From: an uncultured virus (IMG/VR IMGVR_UViG_2880350357_000003)
Lineage: Duplodnaviria > Heunggongvirae > Uroviricota > Caudoviricetes
Length of the DNA stretch: 20,000 nt
IMG/VR virus record: IMGVR_UViG_2880350357_000003
Location: 44,603 to 64,602 of that record
Direction: 5' to 3' (one strand)
Position 1 is the stretch's first letter; every line of letters starts with the position of its first letter. The notes under the pieces were generated by a model, which saw nothing but the letters and a program-made list of their open reading frames with translations, was not told the DNA's origin and did not search any database. The translations under genes and the position numbers were made by a program. Shown here one piece after another: positions 8,825-17,739 of the stretch.

Positions 8825-9156
8825 TGGAGCGTGTGGTGGCGGGCTGGCTTGTGACGGTTGTTCTGGCCTTCTGGGCAGGCTGGAAGGCGGCTAACTGGCA
8901 GCGTGACAGTATCGATCTGGCCATCAGCCGGTCAGCCAGCGCTACCGGGGAAACGCTGGCGAGCGTGGCCGGTGAATCCGGGCGAAAACTGGAAGAACAA
9001 CTGGAGGCTTTGAAAAATGCGCCGCCGCGTGAAATTCGTACGGAGGTGGTTAAACCGGTGTTTACTAACGTGTGCCTGTCTGATGACTTTGTCCGCATGT
9101 ACAACGACGCCGTCACCAGTACCGAACGTACGTTATCAGGAAAACCTGAAAACTAA
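8824..9156 (+). CDS. Inner-membrane spanin (Rz-like)
   Basis: 110 aa. N-terminal transmembrane segment, helical periplasmic part and a C-terminal Cys (NVCL). TGATG-coupled to the endolysin. Confidence 0.8.
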   Translation: MERVVAGWLVTVVLAFWAGWKAANWQRDSIDLAISRSASATGETLASVAGESGRKLEEQLEALKNAPPREIRTEVVKPVFTNVCLSDDFVRMYNDAVTSTERTLSGKPEN

Positions 9157-9316
9157 ATGTGCCACGCAGCTGCCGCGCCTGAATGGCACGCAGGGAAAAG
9201 ATGCGGCGGAATTACTGACACTTTATCTGGAGTTATACGGGCAGTGTGCTGCACGTCATAACACGCTGGTTGATGAAATTAATTTAAGAGAGAATATTAT
9301 TTATGGAAAAAATTAA
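9017..9316 (+). CDS. Outer-membrane spanin lipoprotein (Rz1-like), overlapping the i-spanin
   Basis: GGAGG at 9003-9007 before ATG 9017. Basic N-region, hydrophobic stretch and lipobox LSAC (Cys28). Two further Cys. Begins in the +1 frame inside the i-spanin gene. Confidence 0.8.
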   Translation: MRRRVKFVRRWLNRCLLTCACLMTLSACTTTPSPVPNVRYQENLKTKCATQLPRLNGTQGKDAAELLTLYLELYGQCAARHNTLVDEINLRENIIYGKN

Positions 9317-9560
9317 TCTGGTTGTATGTAAGAAAGAAATTACGTTTGAACCAAATCAGACGGCTTATAATAAATTCATCAATGAAATGGCGATGGATAA
9401 TAAAGTGGCTCCAGCCCATAGTTATCTTATGCGTATTGTTGTACCAGAGTGTAAAGAAGCGCTGGAAGATATTCTGAAGCGTCCGGGGGCAGCGCTTCAA
9501 CTTGCAGGGAAAATCAATGAGCTTTATGCGCCAGAACTGGAAATTGAAGTAAAAAACTGA
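9303..9560 (+). CDS. Tail assembly chaperone (G-type, short form)
   Basis: 85 aa, upstream of the tape measure. Ends in slippery A-AAA-AAC immediately before TGA. Confidence 0.85.
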   Translation: MEKINLVVCKKEITFEPNQTAYNKFINEMAMDNKVAPAHSYLMRIVVPECKEALEDILKRPGAALQLAGKINELYAPELEIEVKN

Positions 9561-9596
9561 CAAAGCGAGTCCGGTCAATTGAACAGAACGGACTCG
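9551..9596 (+). promoter_or_regulatory. Programmed -1 ribosomal frameshift signal
   Basis: Heptamer A-AAA-AAC (9551-9557), 8-nt spacer, then an 8-bp stem CGAGTCCG (9566-9573) / CGGACTCG (9589-9596). Confidence 0.82.
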
Positions 9597-9751
9597 AACA
9601 ATATCTGATTTTACGGCGTCATTATTTACCGCACGGTCAGGATTCCGTGGATGATATTTCCGCCGCTATCTGGCTGGATAATCGCCACTGGGAAAATACG
9701 CGCATAGCGGTTGCTAACGGAATAAGCACCGCATTTAAAGGTTCAGGATGA
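9557..9751 (+). CDS. -1 frameshift extension of the tail assembly chaperone (GT form, ~149 aa fused: 9303-9557 joined to 9557-9751)
   Basis: Open -1 frame of 64 codons (LTKRVRSIEQNGLEQYLILRRHYLPHGQDSVDDISAAIWLDNRHWENTRIAVANGISTAFKGSG*) with no ATG. Its TGA overlaps the tape measure ATG (ATGA, 9748-9751). Confidence 0.85.
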   Translation: MTKRVRSIEQNGLEQYLILRRHYLPHGQDSVDDISAAIWLDNRHWENTRIAVANGISTAFKGSG

Positions 9752-11715
9752 AACAGTTAGATTTTACATTAAGCCTGATTGATAAACTGACGCGCCCGTT
9801 AAAGCAGGTGCAGAGCAGTGTCACAGGCTTTGCGGAAAAATCGAAAGCGGCCTTTACGCAGATTGGGGGCGGTGCGCTGGCTTTAGCCGGCACAGGGATG
9901 GCCATCAAAGGGGCGTTATCGCCGGCTATTGAGATGTATGACGCACTGAATGACGCTGCGGCAAAAGGGATTGATGATCAGGCTTTAAAGGCTGTCCAGC
10001 GTGATGCGCTGCGGTTCAGTATGACCTACGGTGCCAGCGCGGTGGAGTTTGTTAAGTCCACAGAAAATATTAATGCCTCCATTGCCGGCCTCGCCGGTAA
10101 TGAGCTGCCGAAAGTGACAAAAGTTGCTAATACCCTGGCATTTGCCCTGAGATCCACATCTGCCGAAACGGCGGAATTTATGGGGCAGATGTTCGGTAAC
10201 TTTTCCGCTGATGCGGAGCGTCTGGGCAAGGTTCAGTTCGCTGAGCAGCTGGCCGGAAAAATGGTGTATATGCGCAAGGTCTTCGGTACTGAAATGGGCA
10301 CTATCAAAGACCTGATGGAAGGGGCGCGGGGCGTTGGTACCAACTACGGCGTCGGACTGGATGAACAGCTGGCCGTACTGGGGCAGCTTAACCGCACGCT
10401 GGGAACGGAAGCCAGCAGCGCTTACGAAGGCTTCATGACCGGAGCCATTGAGGGCGGTAAAAAGCTGGGGCTGTCCTTTACGGATGCCACCGGCAAAATG
10501 CTGTCCATGCCTGAAATGCTGATCAAGTTACAGGGCAAGTATGGCAAAAGTCTGGAAGGGAACCTGAAAGCACAGGCGGAGCTGGATGCGGCATTTGGTG
10601 ACAGTTCGGCGGTGGTGAAACACCTGTACGGCAATGTGGCCTTACTGCAACGTAACATCACTGAGCTGGGCGGTTCTGACGGGCTGAAGCGTACACAGGA
10701 GATGGCCGGCAAACTGGTGAAACCGTGGGATCGCTTTGTACAGATCCTTAAGTCTGTTCAGACCGTCATTGGACTGACGTTGATCCCCGTTCTGTATCCG
10801 GTGCTGAACCGCCTGGCTGATATGGGACAGACCTTTGCCCGCTGGATGCAGTTGTTTCCCAACATTGCGCGTGTTATCGGTTATGCGGCTATGGCGTTGT
10901 TGGGGTTTGCTGCTGCCGGCGCAATAGCTAACATCGTTCTGGGCGTCTCAAAACTTATTAAGCTGGGTGCGATTGCTTTCTGGAAGACACTGACTTCAGT
11001 CACGAAGATATACACCGCCACCGTCTGGATTGCCTCAAAAGCTGTAGCGGCATGGAATCTGACGCTTAAATTTCTGCGTGGTACGCTTCTTGCGGTTCGT
11101 ATGGCGGCAATTATGGCCGGAATTGGCATAAATCTGATGAGCTGGCCGGTTCTGCTGGTTATTGGTGCGATTGGCCTGCTGGCAGCAGGGTGTTATCTGC
11201 TGATTAAACACTGGGACGATGTACAGGCGGCGGTGATGAATACGGCAGCGTTTACCGCTGTGGCTGGCGTTGTCGAATGGCTTGCCGGTGTGTTCTCGAC
11301 GGCATGGCAATGGATTAAGGACGGCTGGAACGGCTTTATTAATCTGCTGACGGGATTTTCACCTTCACAGGCATTAAGCGGGATGGCCGGTGGTATTGTA
11401 TCCATGTTTGATAATATCTGGCAGTCCGTTAAAGGTAGCTTCCTGAAATCATGGAACTGGATTGTAGAAAAGCTGAATAAAATACCCGGTGTCAATATTT
11501 CGCTGGCTAACGAGTCACCGTCGGCACTGACAACAAATACGCTTTCTACTGGTGGAGAATTAAAAGGTATTGATAAAGGTGGTATTAATAAATCTATAAG
11601 TAATAACTCAGGGGCTGTGACGGATAACAGCCGGAAAATTAATACTGTCAATATCTATCCAAAAGAAATGATAACGCCGGGGCAGTTAATGGAGTTTCAG
11701 GAGCTGGGCGTATGA
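9748..11715 (+). CDS. Tail tape measure protein
   Basis: 655 aa, Ala/Gly-rich and helical. LDFTLSLIDKLTRPL start, central hydrophobic segments and Trp-spaced repeats. Follows the chaperone. Confidence 0.93.
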   Translation: MKQLDFTLSLIDKLTRPLKQVQSSVTGFAEKSKAAFTQIGGGALALAGTGMAIKGALSPAIEMYDALNDAAAKGIDDQALKAVQRDALRFSMTYGASAVEFVKSTENINASIAGLAGNELPKVTKVANTLAFALRSTSAETAEFMGQMFGNFSADAERLGKVQFAEQLAGKMVYMRKVFGTEMGTIKDLMEGARGVGTNYGVGLDEQLAVLGQLNRTLGTEASSAYEGFMTGAIEGGKKLGLSFTDATGKMLSMPEMLIKLQGKYGKSLEGNLKAQAELDAAFGDSSAVVKHLYGNVALLQRNITELGGSDGLKRTQEMAGKLVKPWDRFVQILKSVQTVIGLTLIPVLYPVLNRLADMGQTFARWMQLFPNIARVIGYAAMALLGFAAAGAIANIVLGVSKLIKLGAIAFWKTLTSVTKIYTATVWIASKAVAAWNLTLKFLRGTLLAVRMAAIMAGIGINLMSWPVLLVIGAIGLLAAGCYLLIKHWDDVQAAVMNTAAFTAVAGVVEWLAGVFSTAWQWIKDGWNGFINLLTGFSPSQALSGMAGGIVSMFDNIWQSVKGSFLKSWNWIVEKLNKIPGVNISLANESPSALTTNTLSTGGELKGIDKGGINKSISNNSGAVTDNSRKINTVNIYPKEMITPGQLMEFQELGV

Positions 11716-12041
11716 ATGAAATTCTGTATGTTGATTTATTAATTCAGGGAAATGACTTTGTCCTGAATACCGGTAATGAACCTGAATTATGTAATAACCG
11801 TAAAAGTATCGGGCAGGACATTATTCATTCCATTATTGAAAGCGGTCTGGCGACGGAATTAATTGCCGAGAGAAGCCCGACCATGCGGGCAGATATTTTT
11901 ACCCGTATGGAATTACTGATTGAGGATGATGAACGTATCGTTCCGGGAACAGTGGAAATCGGTGAAGAAAGCCGGACACGGTTGTGGATCACGGCCAGCA
12001 CTTATGACTTCGGCGGAATATCGGTACAGGTGGATTTATGA
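11712..12041 (+). CDS. Baseplate protein (DUF2590-like, probable gp25/gpW-type wedge subunit)
   Basis: 109 aa. SIGQDIIHSIIESG and EDDERIVPGT. Lies between the tape measure and baseplate J as in HP1-like phages. Confidence 0.75.
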   Translation: MNEILYVDLLIQGNDFVLNTGNEPELCNNRKSIGQDIIHSIIESGLATELIAERSPTMRADIFTRMELLIEDDERIVPGTVEIGEESRTRLWITASTYDFGGISVQVDL

Positions 12042-13222
12042 CGGAAAAGCCACAGGTTGACTTTGAAGAGGTGGTGAAAGCCAGCGGTATGCCGGTGACG
12101 GAAGCAGAGATTCGCGATCGCTTTAATGCCATTGCGACGGAGGAGGGAATTATCACGAACACCTCCCGTATGTCTCCGTTCTGGCGACTGGTCACGGCCA
12201 TTGTAACCGCGCCGGTGATGTGGCTGAAGGCGGTTCTGATCTCCACCGTACTGGCAAATATGTTTGTGGCCACGGCCAGTGGAAGCATGTTACGGCTGCT
12301 GGCATGGGCGGTGAATATCACGCCGAAGCCCGCCAGCGCTGCACAGGGCGTTATCCGTTTTTACAAGGAAGACGCCAGCGCCGTGGTGACGGTGAAGGCC
12401 GGAACGGTGATACAGACAGAACGTATTAACGGCAGGGTGTATGAACTGGCCATCACGGAAGATGTGGTGATTGCCTCCGGTACCGCCAGCGCACTGCTGC
12501 CGGTAAAGGCAACGGGAACGGGCGGCGCATATAACCTTGCGCCGGGATATTACCGCATTCTGCCGGTGGCCGTGGACGGCATCAGCCATGTGGCCAGTGA
12601 AGAGAACTGGCTGACCGTACCGGGCGCGGATGAGGAAAGCGATGATGAACTGCGTGAGCGTTGCCGTAACCAGTTTAACCTGGTGGGCAACTACCACACG
12701 GACGCGGTGTACCGGTCGATGATTGCTGGTGTTGCCGGACTGAGCATTGACCGGATTTTCTTTGAGCACGAAGCACCGAGAGGACCGGGAACGGCCAACG
12801 CCTATTTATTGCTGGACAGCGGCGTGGCTTCTGCGCCGTTTGTGGATGCCGTGAATGACTATATCAACACGCAGGGGCATCACGGCCACGGGGACGATAT
12901 GCAGTGTTATGCCATGCCGGAAACCCTGCACGATCTGGCGGTCACTGTCTGGGTCAGGAACCTGAACAACATCAGTGATGATGAACAGAAGCGCCTGAAG
13001 GACGGTATTGAAAACCTGATCCGGTGCGCCTTCCGGGAGAATACGGACTATGACGTCAGAAGGACGTGGCCGTATTCGCGGTTCTCCTTCTCGCAGCTGG
13101 GGCGCGAAATCCATAAAAATTTTCCGGTGACGGAATCGCTGAATTTTTCGCTGGATGACATTGCCAGTGAGCTGAATGTGCCGCGCCTGAAATCGCTTGT
13201 GGTGAGTATTGAGAATGAATGA
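12038..13222 (+). CDS. Baseplate wedge protein J / gp47 family
   Basis: 394 aa. ATASGSML, GADEESDDELRER and APRGPGT motifs of the Baseplate_J family. Confidence 0.92.
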   Translation: MTEKPQVDFEEVVKASGMPVTEAEIRDRFNAIATEEGIITNTSRMSPFWRLVTAIVTAPVMWLKAVLISTVLANMFVATASGSMLRLLAWAVNITPKPASAAQGVIRFYKEDASAVVTVKAGTVIQTERINGRVYELAITEDVVIASGTASALLPVKATGTGGAYNLAPGYYRILPVAVDGISHVASEENWLTVPGADEESDDELRERCRNQFNLVGNYHTDAVYRSMIAGVAGLSIDRIFFEHEAPRGPGTANAYLLLDSGVASAPFVDAVNDYINTQGHHGHGDDMQCYAMPETLHDLAVTVWVRNLNNISDDEQKRLKDGIENLIRCAFRENTDYDVRRTWPYSRFSFSQLGREIHKNFPVTESLNFSLDDIASELNVPRLKSLVVSIENE

Positions 13223-13802
13223 GTTCATGAAAAAACTGGCCGGAATGGTACTTCCCTCCTGGATGGACAGGGGCGAGCCGCGAAAACTGCTGCAAACGGC
13301 GCGGCGATTCTGGGCGGAGGTGTACGGCTGGGTGACGTGGCCACTGAACCAGTTTGATCCGCTGACCTGTACACCGGCGTTACTTAACCTGCTGGCGTAT
13401 GACCGGGACATTTCCCGCTTTGACGGGGAGCCGCTGGAACTGTTCCGCAGGCGTGTGGCGTATGCCTTCGTGAATGCGCGTGACGCCGGTTCTGTTGAGG
13501 GATTTATCAGTATCTTTGAACGGCTGGGGATCGGGTACGTTGAACTGATGGAGCGTCAGCCGGGAATTGACTGGGATGTGATTCAGGTTCGCGTCACGGA
13601 CAGCCAGATTGCGACTAACACGCAGCTGATGATCCAGATTATCCGGCAGTACGGGCGGACATGCCGCCGTTACCAGTTTGAAGTGATCACGTCCGAACGG
13701 CTGACTATCCGGGCGGGATGGGATCAGGGGGAATATGTGGTTTATCCGGCAGCACTGAGCGGTACGGAAACCAGCAGCGCGACGTACAGCGCAGGGTTAT
13801 AA
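13215..13802 (+). CDS. Baseplate/tail protein, P2 gpI-like
   Basis: Start ATG 13215 overlapping the J stop. DPLTCTPALLNLLAYDRDI motif. Lies between J and the tail fibre. Confidence 0.85.
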   Translation: MNEFMKKLAGMVLPSWMDRGEPRKLLQTARRFWAEVYGWVTWPLNQFDPLTCTPALLNLLAYDRDISRFDGEPLELFRRRVAYAFVNARDAGSVEGFISIFERLGIGYVELMERQPGIDWDVIQVRVTDSQIATNTQLMIQIIRQYGRTCRRYQFEVITSERLTIRAGWDQGEYVVYPAALSGTETSSATYSAGL

Positions 13803-13811
13803 GGGGATTAT

Positions 13812-15980
13812 ATGTCACAGACAACAATTACACTGGCATTTGAGCAGTGGAAAGCGCAACAGGGTGCCACGGGGGAGCCTGTCCTGCTGGATGAATTTGT
13901 GTTCGCTAACGTACCGGGACTTGATCCGGATCAGCCGGTTGACCGCAATGAAACCCTGCCACCGGCTGAACAGATTGTTCACCGGCAGGCCGTCAGCCGT
14001 AAGGGTGTGGTGAATGACAACGCCGTGGTACATTCCGTCGTACTGGGGGCGGACGTGGGGGATTTTTCCTTTAACTGGATTGGTCTGATTAATAAATCCA
14101 GCGGTACGCTGGCAATGATTGTTCATGCTCCCGTTCAGCAGAAGCTGAAAACGGCGGAGGGACAGCAGGGTAACGTGCTTACGCGCTCGTTTCTGATGGA
14201 ATATAACGGCGCACAGGCTGAAACCGGAATTAATACGCCTGCTGAGACCTGGCAGATTGACTTTACCGCGCGTATGGCCGGAATGGACGAGCGCCAGCGC
14301 CTGGAAAATATCGACATCTTCGGGGCGGCGGCGTTTTTTGGTGACGGCTATCTGGTCGGGAAAAGCGGGAATCAGTTTTATGTGACCAAAGGTACCGGCT
14401 ATGTGGCAGGACTGCGCACACCGCTTGCAGAAAACCTGAATATTACCGTGACAACCAGGCCGGTCAAAGTCTGGCTGGATGTATGCTGGACAGGAACGCT
14501 TACCAGCGTGTGGGGTGTGCAGTCCCGTATTACGGTTGCTGACAACCTGGCGGATTATGTGCAGAACGGCATACAGCATTATGTGTTTGCGGTGGCGGGT
14601 ATTGATGAAAACGGCAATATTACGGATTTACGCCCGAAAGGGACGCTGAATGAGCAGCAGGCCAGCGATGCGCTGAGAAAACATGCGCAATCCCGTAATC
14701 ATCCGGACGCCACAACCCGCGAAAAAGGGTTTGTGCAGTTAAGCAGTGATACGAACAGCGATTCGGAGACGCTGGCCGCAACGCCGAAAGCGGTTAAAGC
14801 GACTATGGATAATGCGAACGGGCGGCTGGCGAAAAACAGTAATGGCGGCGATATCCCTGACAAGATTTTGTTTGCGCGTCGTATAGCTGCGGCGCTGGCC
14901 TACAGCTCAGAAATTGACATTGGTGGAGACAGTAATCCCTGGACGACAGCGGAGTTTATTACCTGGCTGGAGCACCAGGGGGCATTTAATCATCCCTACT
15001 GGATGTGTAAGGGGTCATGGAGTTATTCCACTAACAAAGTTATAGCGGATACCGGCTGTGGCAATATCTGTCTTGCTGGTTCTGTTGTGGAGGTTATGGG
15101 GAAGCGTGGCGCGATGACTATTCGGGTGACAACGCCGACCACAACGTCAGGTGGCGGGGTTGCCAGCGCTCAGTTTACCTATATCAATCACGGTGATGGA
15201 TATGCTCCGGGATGGCGACGTGATTACAACACCGTAAATAAACCTACTGCCGGTGATGTGGGTGCATTGCCGGTTACCGGTGGGCGACTAAATGGCCCGT
15301 TAGGCATTGGTACTGACAATGCGCTGGGTGGCAATTCGATTGTGCTCGGTGATAACGATACCGGGTTTAAACAGGATGGCGACGGCGTTCTGAGTATTTA
15401 TGCCAATAATGCCCGGGTCGGTTATATCGACAATGCCGGGTTGCATATGCTGGCAGATATTTTCGCTGCGGGGGTAGTACGCGCAGGTAGCGAAAAAAAG
15501 ATTTCACTGAAGAGCAATAACAACTCAGCACTGACTGCCACGTTCAATTTATGGGGCGACGGAGGAAACCGCCCAACGGTTATTGAACTGGACGACGACC
15601 AGGGGTGGCACCTGTACAGCCAGCGAAATCCTGATGGTTCGATTGTCTTTACGGTCAATGGAGATATCACCGCCAACACACTTCGTGCAGGTGGAGCCAT
15701 CTACGCCAGTAACGGTGACGTATCAGGCACTGTGTGGGGTGGAGGTAATACCGCCTGGTTGAGCGGCTACCTCTACTCGAATATGGTCAAAGCGGTCAGA
15801 CTTGGCCCGCAGGCGCTTTCCGGCGGTTTATGGCGCGATTATCAACTGGGAGGCGGTAATGTTGTCACAGGGTTCCATACTGACGGTGACTGGGAAATGC
15901 AGGGAGGAGATGACCAGGTCTATTACCGCCCGGTTCAGTATCTTGTTGGCAGCACATGGATAACGGCGGCGAGCGTGTAA
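13812..15980 (+). CDS. Tail fibre protein
   Basis: 722 aa. N-terminal baseplate-attachment domain (VGDFSFNWIGL), fibre repeat HPDATTREKGFVQLSS...LAATPKAVK, ALGGNSIVLGDNDTG module and C-terminal YYRPVQY tip. Confidence 0.93.
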   Translation: MSQTTITLAFEQWKAQQGATGEPVLLDEFVFANVPGLDPDQPVDRNETLPPAEQIVHRQAVSRKGVVNDNAVVHSVVLGADVGDFSFNWIGLINKSSGTLAMIVHAPVQQKLKTAEGQQGNVLTRSFLMEYNGAQAETGINTPAETWQIDFTARMAGMDERQRLENIDIFGAAAFFGDGYLVGKSGNQFYVTKGTGYVAGLRTPLAENLNITVTTRPVKVWLDVCWTGTLTSVWGVQSRITVADNLADYVQNGIQHYVFAVAGIDENGNITDLRPKGTLNEQQASDALRKHAQSRNHPDATTREKGFVQLSSDTNSDSETLAATPKAVKATMDNANGRLAKNSNGGDIPDKILFARRIAAALAYSSEIDIGGDSNPWTTAEFITWLEHQGAFNHPYWMCKGSWSYSTNKVIADTGCGNICLAGSVVEVMGKRGAMTIRVTTPTTTSGGGVASAQFTYINHGDGYAPGWRRDYNTVNKPTAGDVGALPVTGGRLNGPLGIGTDNALGGNSIVLGDNDTGFKQDGDGVLSIYANNARVGYIDNAGLHMLADIFAAGVVRAGSEKKISLKSNNNSALTATFNLWGDGGNRPTVIELDDDQGWHLYSQRNPDGSIVFTVNGDITANTLRAGGAIYASNGDVSGTVWGGGNTAWLSGYLYSNMVKAVRLGPQALSGGLWRDYQLGGGNVVTGFHTDGDWEMQGGDDQVYYRPVQYLVGSTWITAASV

Positions 15981-15991
15981 GGAGGACAACC

Positions 15992-16507
15992 ATGCAGAAT
16001 ATAAAACACTTCACACCTTATAAACCGGAATCACCGGCATTTCCCGGTGCGGCATATCTGAAATCAGAGGATGGTCAGGACTGGTACGAATGCCAGAAAC
16101 AGTTTGCAGACGACACGCTGAAGTTTACTTACGACGACAACGGCGTCATCACCTGTATTACGCGGGATGTTTCGGGGTTATGGCCGTACCATCTCAGCGT
16201 GGCGGAAGTTCCTGACAGCGATGAAAACCGCCGGGCTGATATTTCAGGCGGCTGGCAGTTTAAAGACGGTAAAGTCGTTCAACGGGTTTATTCGCCGGAA
16301 GAGCTGCGTAAAAAGGCGGAGGCTGAAAAAGTTCGCCGCCTGGCTGAGGCTGAATCAGCCATTGCACCACTGGCGCGGGCAGTAAAACTAAAAATTGCCA
16401 CAGATGAGGAGATTAAACGGCTGGAAAAATGGGAACTCTACAGCGTAATGGTTAACCGTGTGGATACAGCTTCCCCTGACTGGCCGGAGGTGCCGGATGT
16501 GGCGTGA
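15992..16507 (+). CDS. tfa: Tail fibre assembly chaperone (Tfa / Caudo_TAP family)
   Basis: Start reassigned to ATG 15992 (AAGGAGG SD). SEDGQDWYECQ, ATDEEIKRLEKWELY and terminal PDWPEVP motifs. Confidence 0.9.
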   Translation: MQNIKHFTPYKPESPAFPGAAYLKSEDGQDWYECQKQFADDTLKFTYDDNGVITCITRDVSGLWPYHLSVAEVPDSDENRRADISGGWQFKDGKVVQRVYSPEELRKKAEAEKVRRLAEAESAIAPLARAVKLKIATDEEIKRLEKWELYSVMVNRVDTASPDWPEVPDVA

Positions 16508-17222
16508 AGCGCGTCTGGCTTTTACGGATTCACTGGCTGCGCTGGATTGTTCCGTCGTTCCGGCGCATCCGTGGATTCACGGTCTGGGGCAACAGACAGA
16601 TAACGGGGCATACCTGAGTCCGGTCAACGCAATCCATTATCTGGCGGAAAGGCTGGCCGGAACGGGAGGCAATACCGATGTGGTGATCATGATGGTAACG
16701 GGACAGACCCATGAAAACTTCATGAAGGGGCTTAACAGCCTGGTGGATGTTTTCCCCGCGCCCGCATTCACCCAGGTCAGACGTCTGGCTGAGTCTGCGG
16801 CGACACTGGCTACTGAGAAAATGCAGATCCCCGCGAAAGCCGGGGCAGGACTGCCGGTTGCCATTCCGCTGTCCGTTCCGACCAGCAGGGCAGCGTTATC
16901 CGCTGCCGCTGTCAGTGAGGCGCAGAAAGCGGCTGGCGCCGGATTCAGCCTGGTCGGGATGAAACAACAGCTGGGGGAGTTTACGCAACTGCGTGACAGC
17001 CTGATTAACGATGTGGCCAGCGGCCTCGCTGATTTACAGGGGAAAAGCGCCAGGGCATGGGTATTTACGGCCAGTGGCGACACCGCCGCCACCCTGCTGG
17101 CGCTGGTACAGGACATTCCGCAGCCTTCAGCCGTTTATACTGCGGCAATCATGCTGGCCGGGAAAAATCTTGATGGAATAAGGAGCATGATTCATGACGT
17201 CGATCCCGACACTGGCGCTTAA
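16497..17222 (+). CDS. Conserved HP1-like phage tail-region protein of unknown function
   Basis: ATG 16497 with GGAGG at 16486-16490. 241 aa, YLSPVNAI motif. Overlap-coupled with both neighbours. Confidence 0.75.
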   Translation: MWREARLAFTDSLAALDCSVVPAHPWIHGLGQQTDNGAYLSPVNAIHYLAERLAGTGGNTDVVIMMVTGQTHENFMKGLNSLVDVFPAPAFTQVRRLAESAATLATEKMQIPAKAGAGLPVAIPLSVPTSRAALSAAAVSEAQKAAGAGFSLVGMKQQLGEFTQLRDSLINDVASGLADLQGKSARAWVFTASGDTAATLLALVQDIPQPSAVYTAAIMLAGKNLDGIRSMIHDVDPDTGA

Positions 17223-17739
17223 TGGTGAGGCCATACTGCTGAAAAACATGCGCGTGACCGTTTCCCAGCAGTTTCAGGATAAAGACCAGTCCGGTCAGAC
17301 CAGCGCGACCACTAAATCAGAGCAGGGGGCAAAGGGCAAAGAGCTGCGTATCAGCGGCGAAATACCCTTTAAAAACCCGGAGATCCTGAAGCGTATTTTT
17401 GAACTGGCCAGCGCCACCGATGCAGACGGGAAACGCACGAAATACCGCGTTGCGCATGAGGTGGCCAGAGCGGTGAATTTTCGTGAGGCCACCTTCAGCG
17501 GAATGCTGGATGCACCGCAGCAGGACGGGAAAATGGCCTGGCTGGTCACGTTCACCCTGGCGGAACATGTCAGCGTACAGGAGAAGCGGGAAGCCAGGGC
17601 AACCGGTAAAACAACGGCAAAAAAACAGACGGCCAGCAGTACGGGACAATCCGGTGGCCAGAGTGCCGGAGAGGATGAAGAAAAACTGACGTGGTTTGAA
17701 CGCAGGGTGCTGAAGCCCGTCAATGATGCTTTAGGTTAA
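17194..17739 (+). CDS. Putative baseplate complex protein (possible tube initiator)
   Basis: 181 aa. SD AGGAG upstream. DQSGQTS..EQG.K.KEL and WLVTFTLAE beta-rich motifs. Directly precedes the hub-spike gene. Function inferred from position. Confidence 0.65.
   Translation: MTSIPTLALNGEAILLKNMRVTVSQQFQDKDQSGQTSATTKSEQGAKGKELRISGEIPFKNPEILKRIFELASATDADGKRTKYRVAHEVARAVNFREATFSGMLDAPQQDGKMAWLVTFTLAEHVSVQEKREARATGKTTAKKQTASSTGQSGGQSAGEDEEKLTWFERRVLKPVNDALG

Noticed and set aside
9270..9300. Sigma70-like TTGATG...TATTAT upstream of the chaperone
   Set aside because: 19-nt spacing and too close to the ATG. Likely chance in an AT-rich patch.
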